From Octopus sinensis (lineage: Eukaryota): a stretch of DNA of 64,000 bases. The number at the start of each line of letters is the position of its first letter. Position 1 is the stretch's first letter. The notes under the pieces were generated by a model, which saw only the letters and a program-made list of their open reading frames with translations, was not told where the DNA came from and ran no database searches. Of the stretch, positions 14,441 to 25,977 are shown piece by piece. The stretch spans positions 15,810,001 to 15,874,000 of the forward strand of contig NC_043002.1 of NCBI RefSeq assembly GCF_006345805.1, given 5' to 3'. The position numbers and the translations under genes were made by a program.

Positions 14441-15300
14441 TTTAAATAAACAGATGGAAATTGTATTTCTCGTTATTTTCTGCTTCGAAGTAGATCCAAA
14501 GGAAATGTACTTCAACCGCGGATGACATGAGATGGCACAAACTGTGTCAATGCTTTACTCGACACACCAGCACACTAATTGACGTATACTAATTAGTCCA
14601 AAATTATATAAGTATACGCGCACAAAATATCGAACACACATGCACAAAGTATGTGTTTTATTAGTTCGTGGTTAGGCTGAGCTTATAATCATAAGAGAAT
14701 ATATTCTCTTCACGCGCTTAACGTGTGTGTATGCAAGTATGTATCCTCATAATCACTTCTGTGGGTGGATGCAGAATTGCTATGTGATCTGACTATGTCG
14801 ATATTCCGGAACTAATCTAAAGTGAGCAGAAGAAGGTGCAAGTAAGTGCTCAGCTGATCTGCTGGCAATTGCATCACAAACTCATTCCTTACTATATTCG
14901 TTAGCATTTTGAATAAAAAGAACACTTGAATCAGTTTAATTCTGTAAAAATCATATCAGTATGTTAAGTCTGTGAAGAGATCGATTTATGTTAACCTTGA
15001 TTAAACAAATAAAATGCACTCATTTTCTTTCAAATTCATCGGAAAAACATACTATCGTGTATTCAAGAGAATACGGCCTCTGAGTTTGCTTAAAATAAGC
15101 GGGTAAATCTCCTTGTTCTCTCCTAACGTTTTTTTAATATGAAAATACACTGGTCGGTGTAGTTCTAGGAGCTCAATTCCGGAAAAGAAAATGGTAAGAA
15201 CATAGCTGGGAGCTTTATATCAAATAATGATCAGGAGAGCACTCATACAAATGTATGTTTATATATATATAATTTGTATATTACTATATATGAATGTTTA

Positions 15301-15345
<45 letters not shown>

Positions 15346-15874
15346 GTATACGATTATGTACGATTGTATGCTTATATTTGATTTTTGTTTTTACTTCTAT
15401 TAATGTTCTACAAATCACGATATTTTGTAGAAAGTGTCTAAGAACTACCCATTCTACTAGTAGCTGCATAATCCCAAAATGATTGTATCATCACTTTTTT
15501 CTCCACATAAAAAACATATTGATTGTACTTTATCGATCGATTGATCGAAATTCAATATTCTCTCACAATACCGTTTGTAACTAATACCCCATTACGAAAG
15601 GGAATGTTCTTCGCGAAATCTCATTGACTCAACATATACGAGTGCCCGTGAGAGCTTATATGCAGTAACTCGACCTCCTAAAATGCTAGCTATAAAATTC
15701 CCTAATATCAAACACGTAAAACAAAAGAGTTGGGGGCGGGGGGCGTAGCATATATGAATGTTGTTCAAGATATGCCAAGTTCAATGAAAGATGTACAGAA
15801 TGATAATTGCATGAATGTCATTGTTTTTATTTTTAGTTAATTAAAACTAATCTGGAAATGAAACTCATGAACAA

Positions 15875-16291
15875 GGCGTAGGAGTGGCTGTGTGGTCAGT
15901 AGCTTGCTTACGAACCACATGGTTTTGGGTTCAGTCCCACTGCGTAGCACCTTCGGCAAGTGTCTTCTACTATAGCTTCGGGCTGACTAAAAACTTGTGA
16001 GTGGATAAGGTAGATGGGAACTGAAAAGAGGCCCGTCGTATATATGTATATATATATACATATATATATGTGTGTGTGTGTCTGTGTTTGCCAAACCCAC
16101 CCACCCAACATCGCTTGACAACCGATGCTTGCGTTTATGTCCCCGTAACTTAGCGTTTCGGCAAAAGAGACCGATGAAATAGGTAATAGGCTTACAAAGA
16201 ATAAGTCCTGAGGTCGATTTGCTCGACTAAAGATGATGTTCTAGCTTGGCCACAGTCAGATGGCTGAAACACGTTAAAGTGTAAAGAGAGT
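15875..16291 (+). mobile_element. SINE family A, full length
   Basis: Head GGCGTAGGAGTGGCTGTGTGGT...GGGTTCAGTCCC, then CACCTTCGGCAAGTGTCTT, tail GCTGAAAC. Confidence 0.9.
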
Positions 16292-17278
16292 AACGATATA
16301 ACAACGACTTTTATGATTCGCTTTATGATTTGCCTATAGTTCAGAATATCTGGTAATAACTGAAGCGTTATGGGTACGTTCTTTAAATCCGAATTCAGTT
16401 TCTATTATTTGACTAGGAAAAGGTCTTTTGAGTATATAAGTACGTTAGATGCATCGTTACGTACTGACCGACAGGTAGATATTTCAAGTAAATTTTCTCG
16501 ATGACATCTCTGAAAGCATATACACTGAGCTGTTACAGTTCTCCTTCATCAATATCTAAACGGTCTGCTTAGCAAAATAAATAAATAAACGAAACGAGTG
16601 TTCTAGAAATAAAGCCAATCAATACCGATCGATGACAAAAAGGGTAAAATAATCATAATCGTTAGTAGTGCATCTAACACGAATCAAGTATTTTCTTTGA
16701 TATATAGTATTGTAAACAGAATTATGAGCCAACACCATATATCGACTTTAGGAAATAGTCTAATATTAGCATATAAGTAACGGGAAAAAAATGCATTAGT
16801 ACATGTGAGAATCGAACCCTCACCTTATATACATGATATGTGTGGTGACTGATTGCACCAAAATATCGATCTTTTTCTTTTCCCTTAAATTTAAGAACTA
16901 TGATTTCATAGTGGTAATTATGTAAACATGTTCGAATTCATTGTACACACACACATGCACACACACACAGACACACTCACGCACACGCACACTTAGAAAT
17001 TCTTATTAGCAATGGAGAGCTTCATTATCTACTGGATGGTAACATTTATGTATTAAGTACTTTTTGTTATGTGTCGGCCTTCAAGCACGTGGGCATGCGT
17101 AGTGCAAACACTCACTCATTCACTTGTACTTTTAAAATGAACAATTAACTACTTTATTGGTAACTGGAGCTCTTATCCCTTAGGTCTTTCTGTTCTTCAT
17201 ATATATATTTAAGACTTAGGCGTTTCTGTTGCAGAAAATTCATTTAAAACAGAAGAATCTATTCACATATATATATAT

Positions 17279-17625
17279 GTGTCTTCTACTATAGCCTCGG
17301 GCTGACCAAAGCCTTGTGTGAGTGGATTTGGTAGACGGAAACTGAAAGAAGCCTGTCATATATATGTATATATATATATATGTGTATGTGTGTGTGTGTA
17401 TATGTTTGTGTGTCTGTGTTTGTCCCTCTAGCATTGCTTGACAACCGGTGCTGGTGTGTTTACGCCCCCGTCACTTAGCGGTTCGGCAAAAGAGACCGAT
17501 AGAATAAGTACTGGGCTTACAAAGAATAAGTCCCGGGGTCGATTTGCTCGACCAAAGGCGGTGCTCCAGCATGGCCACAGTCAAATGACTGAAACAAGTA
17601 AAAGAGTAAAAGAGAGTAAAGAGTA
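17279..17625 (+). mobile_element. SINE family A, 5'-truncated
   Basis: GTGTCTTCTACTATAGCCTCGGG through GACTGAAACAAGTAAAAGAGTAAAAGAG. Confidence 0.9.
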
Positions 17626-19176
17626 TATATATATATAAAAATGAACCATAGATTTTCAGTCAGTGAATATTGAAACTCTCGCAAGCTTGTAGAATATTAA
17701 CTTAAAAAAAAAAACAACGTTTTATTTTTCTTATCCAAGGATGGGAACAAGTGAGAGAGAGAGAGAGGAGGAGGAGGAGAACAGTCCTTAATTTATTATG
17801 TTTAATACGTCTTCAAAGCGGTATAGTTGAATAATATACACTTTGGTTGCTTCAACATTTAGTGGTTAGTCATGACTGGATGGCCTATGACTTTGAGTAA
17901 AGTTCTCCACGTCCAGTTCTGTCCTTGACCTAAAGAAAAACAAGAGCAACATGTGAAAGCCTTTATGTAGTCACTGGATCTGCTAGCAATGCCAGTTAAA
18001 TCTCCCAAGTCGTGTTCGTTGTTAAATTGAAAGGAAACTTAGAAGATTTAGAACAGCATTAAGGAGGATGGTCGTAGCTGGATTGTCTTTAATTGTAAGT
18101 TTCCTCAATCGGAACTCATCTGGAACTGAAATGCAAAACACAGAAAAGTATATACACGTATTTATAAATTCCTGTAAACACACGCATAGAAAAAAAAAAA
18201 AAAACACGTTTGTGTTGTGTGCGTACCCGTGTTTGTCGATATGCATAAGATTTCTCATCGCTATAGAAAGGCTGTACGCTTTCTGTTTACATCTTCGCAA
18301 GCAGATATTACAAGCAGTTAAGATATTACATCCTTTATAGTATCCTCTGTCTTTGTAGTGCCACAGTAATCCTTATCAAAGCATACTTCATCAAACTACA
18401 TATTATCAGACCATACTACTCATACTATATGACAACATGCCCTGCAACACACAGCCCCTGCTGATATTCTCTAGTCGCCGCTCCGTTTTTTTTATTCTCT
18501 GTAAAGCAGCTAAACGAAGAACTCGGTCACATTCTTCGAAGATAATTCAAGCAACTAACTAACCAGTGAATCGCTGCAAATCATGACCCAAATCTATTCA
18601 CATCACTGTCCTCTCCATATCTTCTATCCCTCGGATTCTGTGAATGTGTTAACAGTTTGAATTTTAGCATTTCTTATTCCTAACTTCATCTCCCCACAAA
18701 AAACCTCTACCTATCTATTTAGGCTACTAAGATATCTGTCTATCGGTTTTATCTTGCTGTTCCATTAGCTGTCAATCTTGTTTAATCTATTCATCCACCC
18801 ATATATCCGTCTCTCTATCCCCGAATGTATATATAAATATAAGTATATATATATTTATCGATATACATTCGTCTCCTTATCTTGCTATCTTGTCATACAA
18901 CTACACTCTAATCTAGTTATCTCTATCTACATTTCCCTCTTATGCATTTCCATCCTTCTATCTAAACAACTGATCGATTCTGACTGATCTTATCTGCCTT
19001 AGTATACATATATATAGTTGTTTCACCTCTCCAATTCTGCTTTGGTAACTATATATATCTTATTTTATTTACCTCTCCGTATTTTGTTTTCAAACTTTTT
19101 ATAAACGTTGATCACTTGAACAATTGACTTGCATTTTGTAGCATTTTTGTACCTTGTTTTTTTCCTCTGTCCTGTT

Positions 19177-19177
<1 letters not shown>

Positions 19178-19262
<85 letters not shown>
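19178..19262. repeat. (CTAT)n tetranucleotide microsatellite
   Basis: Perfect array read directly. Confidence 0.95.
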
Positions 19263-19691
19263 AGTTTGTCTGTCTCTCTGTCTGTCAATATGCATGCATG
19301 TATGTATGCGTGCGCACACTCAAACATTGTAGATACATGCATACTACGATATTCTGGTAAGAAATTCACACATAAATTCTATACTATTTGTCTCAAACTA
19401 TTCATCTACGATCTCAGAGCTATTAACAATGTTTTGTTAACCGAACAAGGAACCAGAGACGAATGAGGTTGGGATATGCTAAGTAATACGTAATCAATAA
19501 AACTTTAATTTCAAATTTGTGACGGCATGAAAAGAATCTGTTTACAAGTCTGACAGGATTATATGAAAACCTCGGTTCTGTTTTCTACTAGTGTATGCTA
19601 CAGACATTTCAGTTTACTGAATTCCATAAACAATAATTGACCCTAAATATATTCTTGCCTCATGCCGGGATAGCACCCTAAGATTTGATAT

Positions 19692-19984
19692 CACATGATC
19701 ACGTGACTGACCAGACCATCAGATGTTGCTACACTCGCTGGTCACAATGCGTTCGCATTGTTTTACCTTCGAGACGCCAGACAGTCTAAGCGAGCAGGCC
19801 AACAGAAGAAAGAGAGAAAGAGTGGTGAAAGAGTACAGCAGGGATCACCACTCCCTGCCAGAGCCTCGTGTAGCTTTTTAGGTGTTTTCGCTCAATAAAC
19901 ACACACAACGCCCGGTCTAGGAATCGAAACCGCGATCTTACGACCGCGAGTCCGCTGCCCTAACCACTGGGCCATTGCGCCTCC
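19692..19984 (-). mobile_element. tRNA-derived SINE family D, full length, 12-bp TSD
   Basis: Minus-strand head GGAGGCGCAATGGCCCAGTGGTTAGGGC...GGTTTCGATTCC (A and B boxes); TSD AAGATTTGATAT at 19680-19691 and 19985-19996. Confidence 0.9.
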
Positions 19985-20492
19985 AAGATTTGATATAACA
20001 TGTAATTATGTCTTTGCTTTTGTAATGAAGTTTGTGAACAGATCTGAATTATACAGACACTCTTATCTTTGATTGATTACGACACATAAACGTTGATATG
20101 AAGGCCTAACACAGTTTCACTGTTATCAGCCTTAAAAATATACTTCTAAGATATGAACGGTTCAAAAATGTACCTTGATCTGGTTACTACATTCTGAACG
20201 TATAATGGAATGTAGTTATGACACTCTCAAAATATATCGGAATGTACGGCAAAATATTTCTGCCTGGTTTTAAACAGGAAATCTCTGCATGTTTATCAAG
20301 CTACAATTGTATTTTCCAATATCAACTATCGTTCTGCCATTCAAGGATAGAGCAAAATATGTCCAATGATAACACATGTTATATAAAATAAGTAACCGGT
20401 AAAATTTACACTGGGATTTAAAAAAAAAGGATTTTGGAGCCATCTGCATACTAAACCTTGTGCATTTATTTTCCTTATGTTGACAATCTTTC

Positions 20493-20685
20493 ACCTGTTT
20501 CAGTCATTTGACTGCGGCCATGCTGGAGCACCGCCTTTAGTCAAGCAAATCGACACCAGGACTTATTCTTTGTAAGTCTAGTACGTATTTTATCGGGCTC
20601 TTTCCCCGAACGGCTAAGTGACGGGTACGCAAACACACCAGCATCGGTTGTCAAGCGATGTTGGGGGGACAAACCCAGACACACA

Positions 20686-20719
<34 letters not shown>

Positions 20720-20899
20720 AACATATATATATATATATATATATACACGACGGGCTTCTTTCAGTGTACGTCTACCAAATCCACTCACAAGGCTTTGGTC
20801 GGCCCGAGGCTATAGTAGAAGACACTTGCCCAAAGTGCCACGCAGTGGGACTGAACCCGAAACTATGTGGTTCGTAAGCAAGCTACTTACCACACAGCC
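20493..20899 (-). mobile_element. SINE family A
   Basis: Reverse complement of the 15875 copy over about 400 bp. Confidence 0.9.
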
Positions 20900-21134
20900 C
20901 GAAGCCAATGTTGTTGAAATTCGATCTAAAATAAAAGCAAACGGGAATATGATTGATATCAGCTTAAAGAATATTTGAATGTCACATCATAGCACTTCCA
21001 CACTGTCTTCTCATTACTAAACTTTGAAGCGCGTTCGTGGATCCTGTAGACATATAGGTGTCAAATAACATGATAGGAGTTGGTAAGTTGACCGTAAGAA
21101 GAAAGCATACATCGCCGACATATAGTTGAATAAC

Positions 21135-21165
<31 letters not shown>

Positions 21166-21461
21166 AACAGGATAGACATAATGATCTCAGACATGAACAT
21201 CTGTAGTCCAATAGACGTGATGATATCGTAAAAAGAAAATATAAACCTGATGATACTGTGTCTAATCGTTACAAGAACTCTGATGTTTTCCCCTTATTCT
21301 ATGCCAGATACTATTCTTCCTGACTTTTAGTTTTCGTTTTTAAGCTTTGCATTTTTCTACATATTTTATGTGTAGCGATTATATTAGCAATATTTTTAAA
21401 ACTTTGTCTATGAAGTCCAGTTATCTGCAACGAGCTCGTCATTATCTTTTCTCCAGATATA

Positions 21462-21881
21462 TATTTCTTTACTACCCACAAGCGGCTAAACATAGAGGGG
21501 ACAAACAAGGACAGACATAGGTATTAAGTCGATTACATCGACCCCAGTGCGTAACTGGTACTTACTTTATCGACCCCGAGGGATGAAAGGCTAAGTGGAC
21601 CTCGGCGGAATTTGAACTCAGAACGTAACGACAGACGAAATACCTATTTCTATTTCTTTATTACCCACAAGGGGCTAAACATAGAGGGAACAAACAAGGA
21701 CAGATATAGGTATTAAGTCGATTACATCGACCCAGTTCGGAACTGGTACTTTATTTATCGACCTCGAGAAGATGAAAGGCAAAGTAGACCTCGGCGGAAT
21801 TTGAACTCAGAACGTAACGGCAGACGAAATACCGCTGAGCATTTCGTCCGGCGCGCTAACGTTTCTGACAGCTCGCCGCCT
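21462..21881 (-). mobile_element. SINE family B young subfamily, tandem dimer inside one TSD
   Basis: Two units of about 190 bp; TSD CTTTT(C/G)TCCAGATATA at 21446-21461 and 21882-21897. Confidence 0.9.
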
Positions 21882-22477
21882 CTTTTGTCCAGATATATTC
21901 ATCATATTTATAAGTTTCGTACTCGTTATAGTATGGTGTACTGATGTGTATTTGGGCCGTTTCCTTGCTGGGTTTATTTTTTCTCTTCTTAATGAAATTC
22001 ATAAAGTATTCTAACATTATCAATCTTGTTCTAGCATCAAATCTTCAAACCTTCTCTCGCTGCCATAACTTTATTTATACATATTCATCACGTACCCTCA
22101 AGATCCTTCTTCTGCCGGCCCTTCTTGTCATTTATCTTTAGTTTACTAATTAAATAATTCCATTTTTGGAGGCAAGTACTTGACCTTTCAATGTTGATGC
22201 CGACTACTACACGACGAATTTATTAACTATATTCGTTCCCTTAGCAACTTACTAATTGCACTTTCTTCCATTTCCTTCCAACATGAAAAAGAGAATCTAA
22301 ATTTCTTTCAGTCATGCTTAATTTGTTTTATGATTCTTACGGCAGCTTTTCTTTAAATGATTTCTTTCTATTTCTTTTGCAAATTCGTACTTAATTATAA
22401 GTGGATCAAAGCCGGTTTTATTACTGGTACTGGTCACTTTAAGAGAGCGATTACGTTTTATAATAATGAAAGTAATA

Positions 22478-22696
22478 ATAATCCTTTCTATTTAAGGCAC
22501 AAGGCCTGACATTTGGTGAGTGGGGATCCAGTCGATTACATCGACCCCAGTGTTTCGCTGGTGTTTATTGAATCGACCCCGAAAGGATGAAAGGCATAGA
22601 CGTCCACGGCGGAATTTGAACTCAGAACCTAAGGACGGGTGAAATGCAGCTAAGCATTTAGCCCGGTGTGCTAGTAATTCTGCCAGTCCACCACTT
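22478..22696 (-). mobile_element. SINE family B, older subfamily
   Basis: AGGCACAAGGCCTGA...GTCGATTACATCGACCCCAG...CGACCCCGAAAGGATGAAAGGC...GGAATTTGAACTCAG. Confidence 0.85.
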
Positions 22697-22699
22697 TCA

Positions 22700-22736
<37 letters not shown>

Positions 22737-22787
22737 GAAAAGTATGATTAATAACAGTTAAACATTTTGGCACACATCTTGAAATTG

Positions 22788-22835
<48 letters not shown>

Positions 22836-22865
22836 GTATGCATGCATGTATGCATGTGAGAGAGC

Positions 22866-23022
22866 GGGAGAGTGGATCTGTGGTAATAAGCTTGCTTCTA
22901 AACCACATGGTTCCGAGCTCAGTCCCATCCTATTATATCTCTGGCAATTGCCTTTTGCTAAAACGTAGGGCTAACCAAAGCCTTGAGAGTGGATTTTATA
23001 GACGGAATGTGAAAGAAGCCCA
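22866..23022 (+). mobile_element. SINE family A, 5' half, decayed
   Basis: AGCTTGCTTCTAAACCACATGGTTCCGAGCTCAGTCCCA...ACCAAAGCCTTGAGAGTGGATTT. Confidence 0.75.
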
Positions 23023-23034
23023 TCTCTTATACAT

Positions 23035-23350
23035 GCAGCTAAATGATAGAGCAATCCCCTGGTACCTATGGGCTAGGTTTCGACCCCCGTGGCCGCCTGC
23101 TGGCAACATATTTTGTCTTATTATGGGTAAATTCCCATTCTTTTTCGCTGTTCATAAATCTATACTGCGTTCGATATTTACTTCAACATATTCGACGCTT
23201 CAAAAATTTCTTTATGAAATATTGCATTTGGAAAGTTGTAATTTAGAATTAAAATTAACGGTAATTTTTGTCAGATTAATGGCAGAGCACTCAACCGGCA
23301 TCTGAAGGGTTCAGGTTCGACTCATGTAGCCGCCAGCTGGCAACTTTTTT
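23035..23350 (+). repeat. Two degenerate tRNA-like (Pol III) units in direct orientation, about 236 bp apart
   Basis: Unit 1: GCAGCTAAATGATAGAGCA...GTTTCGACCC.CGTGGCCGCCTGCTGGCAAC. Unit 2: TAATGGCAGAGCA...GGTTCGACTCATGTAGCCGCCAGCTGGCAAC then TTTTTT. Confidence 0.5.
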
Positions 23351-24637
23351 CCGTGTGTATTATAAAGGTAAATACCCAACCTTTGTCTCCTGTACTGCGT
23401 TGGAACTTTACTTTTTCGTCTGTAAAGCACAAGCACATTAGTCACTTCCATTGCCTGTTTGTGAGTGTCTGTGTGTGTGTGTGCGTGTATATATATATAT
23501 GTAACATTAGGAAACACATATACCTAAAGCATATGCTTCGTGTATTTACTGGTAGGCTGAGATTTGGCCAGGTGGAAAATAATCAATCACAGATTGTTAC
23601 AACACGTGAAATTCAACGGCAGGTGGAATATCCCGGCATTAATGCCAACTAGGAATAATGGACGGGTTATCTCGACTGCCCATGTTCTTCAGATATTTTA
23701 ACACCCGGTGCTTTGAGAGCGTTTTCTTTCCCACGCCAGATCGTAGCTTACCGGCAAATAGACTATGCATATACGTTAAGAATATGTGGTCGATAATGTC
23801 TGTTACATTAATGCTAACTCTATTTCATATTGGAATACACACACACACGGACACTGTATATATTAGAAAGAGACACACATATTCAATGTGTGATTGAGAG
23901 ACTGAATTAGTAATGAATGATTTTAGCAAGAAAATTATTGTGTTGGCAGAATCGTTAGAAAGTCGGACAGAATCCCACCAAAAATACCTTTGCTTTCATC
24001 CTACCGGAATCGATAAATTAAAGTACTAGACAAGTACTGGGATCGATACAACCGACTGCAATTGTTCCTCAAATTTGTTGTCTAGAAATCAATACCAAAA
24101 TTGATCGGATTTGATACAACGTTTCATAAGTTAGTTGCGTTGTGTCTATCTTCCACTGAAATTGTAGAAGGCCTTGTCTGTCTGAAACCACTATTATTTG
24201 TTTTGGGCAGCGAATATTTTTTCCTTCTTTCTCTTTCTCTCTCTCTCTCTCTCTCTGTCACTCACACATACACACATTCTCTCTCACTTTCCTTATATTT
24301 GTTTTTAGTATTAAGTCTCGTAAAGCGGGTTTGTGTGATGTGTGGGTAACATGTAGGTAACAATATTCCCTTCAGAGGAACACCGGTCCGTTGCAATGAT
24401 GAAGGAGAGGCTAAAAATGTTTACATTGGCGTGAACATTTGAATGGTACTTGATTTCATTGACCCCGTAGAGATGAAAGGCAATTCTGCCCTCAGAGGAA
24501 TTTGAATTCAGAAAGCAGAGAGCTTGGAGAAGTGCCGTCAAGCATTTCCAACAATGTGCTGACTTGCCCCATCTGCGAAAATATCAAATTACTATGGAAA
24601 TTAGTTAAATCCTTTACATTTCAAATCTCACATATGT

Positions 24638-24790
24638 CTGTTTTGCCTTCTATGGTGTTCAGCCATTTTGCCTTCTGTCGTTTACATCTGTTTTACATTA
24701 TGTCGTGTACAGCTGTTTTACCTTCTATGATGTACAGCTGCTTTGCTTTCTATGTTGTACAGATGTTTTGCCTTCTATTCTGTACAGCTT
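24638..24790. repeat. Degenerate 25-bp minisatellite, about 6 copies (CTGTTTTGCCTTCTATGATGTACAG)
   Basis: Repeated TTTTGCCTTCT..GTACAG motifs. Confidence 0.75.
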
Positions 24791-25413
24791 TGTTAGAAAC
24801 TGCAAATAAAAAAATTCCTAATGGTTGTTCCTATTAAAGTTGTCCCTATTACGTATATTGCTATTATGTCGTTTAACTCTTGTCCCAGATATCCATAATC
24901 GAAGGCCCTCCAACCTTGATCATCCTGTCTTTTTAAGAAATCCAGGGCACATTGGTTATAAGCATTATCTAAAAGGAGTTAAATCGATGAAATACCTTTC
25001 AAAATAATCATCTCTTTCAACATCAATACTATTTAGTGTTAAAAAGAACTATGACATATTTTTCATTGTATTCCTGCTTATACATAAAGACGAGCTGGTC
25101 ATGGATGGAATATCTTTTATCTATGATAAAAGATTTTCCAGATATGACAGTCTAGTTGCAGTCAGCTTCATTAGGACTTGAGCAACAACATCAACTGAAA
25201 GAGTTAATTCCTCAAAACCTTTGTCCCCAGGAACTTCTTAGACGTACTACCTGGCGTCAAAACGGAACCTGTATGAGGTCAAATTGTTTGCTAGCCATAG
25301 CAACTAAATCGGGTTGATATATTAAGTACCAGTCAGGTACCAGTGTCGCCAAATTGACAGTGTCCTTCCGTGAAATTTGTGGATAATTGTTTGTAGAAAG
25401 AATCTCTATAAAT

Positions 25414-25601
25414 ACTGGTTTCAAATTTTGGTTCAAGGCCAACAATTTCGGGGGAGGAGTTAAATAGATTACATCGACCCAAGTATTCTCTTCTGGTATT
25501 ATTATTATCGACCCCAGCATAACTTAAACTTCGAACCTAATGATGGACGAAATGTGCTAAGCATGTTGCCTGGCGGACTAATGATTCTACTGGCTGGCCA
25601 T
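25414..25601 (-). mobile_element. SINE family B, older subfamily, decayed
   Basis: CAAGGCC..CAATTTCGGGGGAGG...GATTACATCGACCC...GGACGAAATGTGCTAAGCAT. Confidence 0.7.
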
Positions 25602-25716
25602 CTCCATAAAATCTGCATAAATAATGATATTGTTTCTTTTAAATAGCATTCAATTTTTTTTCTTATATACAATTTGTATTTCCATATCAGCATTTCGAAG
25701 TGCCTAAATGAACTTC

Positions 25717-25977
25717 GTGGAGGCGCGTGGCTCAGTGGTTAGGGTTTCAGTATCATGATCGTAAGATTGTGGCTTCGCATCCTGGACCGGGCGATGCGTT
25801 GTGTTCTTCAGCAAAACACTTCATTTCAAGTTGCTCCAGTCCACTCAGCTGGCAAAAATGAGTAACGCTGCGATGGACTGGCGTCCTGTCTAGCTACGGA
25901 ACACATACGTCATAGAAACCGGGCCCACCAGCCTGGCTAGGCTTTAAAAGGGCGCATTTATTTATTATTATTTTTAT
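25717..25977 (+). mobile_element. tRNA-derived SINE family E, full length, 9-bp TSD
   Basis: Head GGAGGCGCGTGGCTCAGTGGTTAGGG related to family D; internal CTGCGATGGACTGGCGTCCTGTC; (TTTA/TTA) tail; TSD ATGAACTTC at 25708-25716 and 25978-25986. Confidence 0.88.

Noticed and set aside
16800-16860. Reverse-strand B-box GGTTCGATTC as a tRNA gene
   Set aside because: No cloverleaf can be formed; at most a SINE-head relic
22826-23305. 159-aa ORF
   Set aside because: Runs through a microsatellite, a SINE fragment and the tRNA-like units
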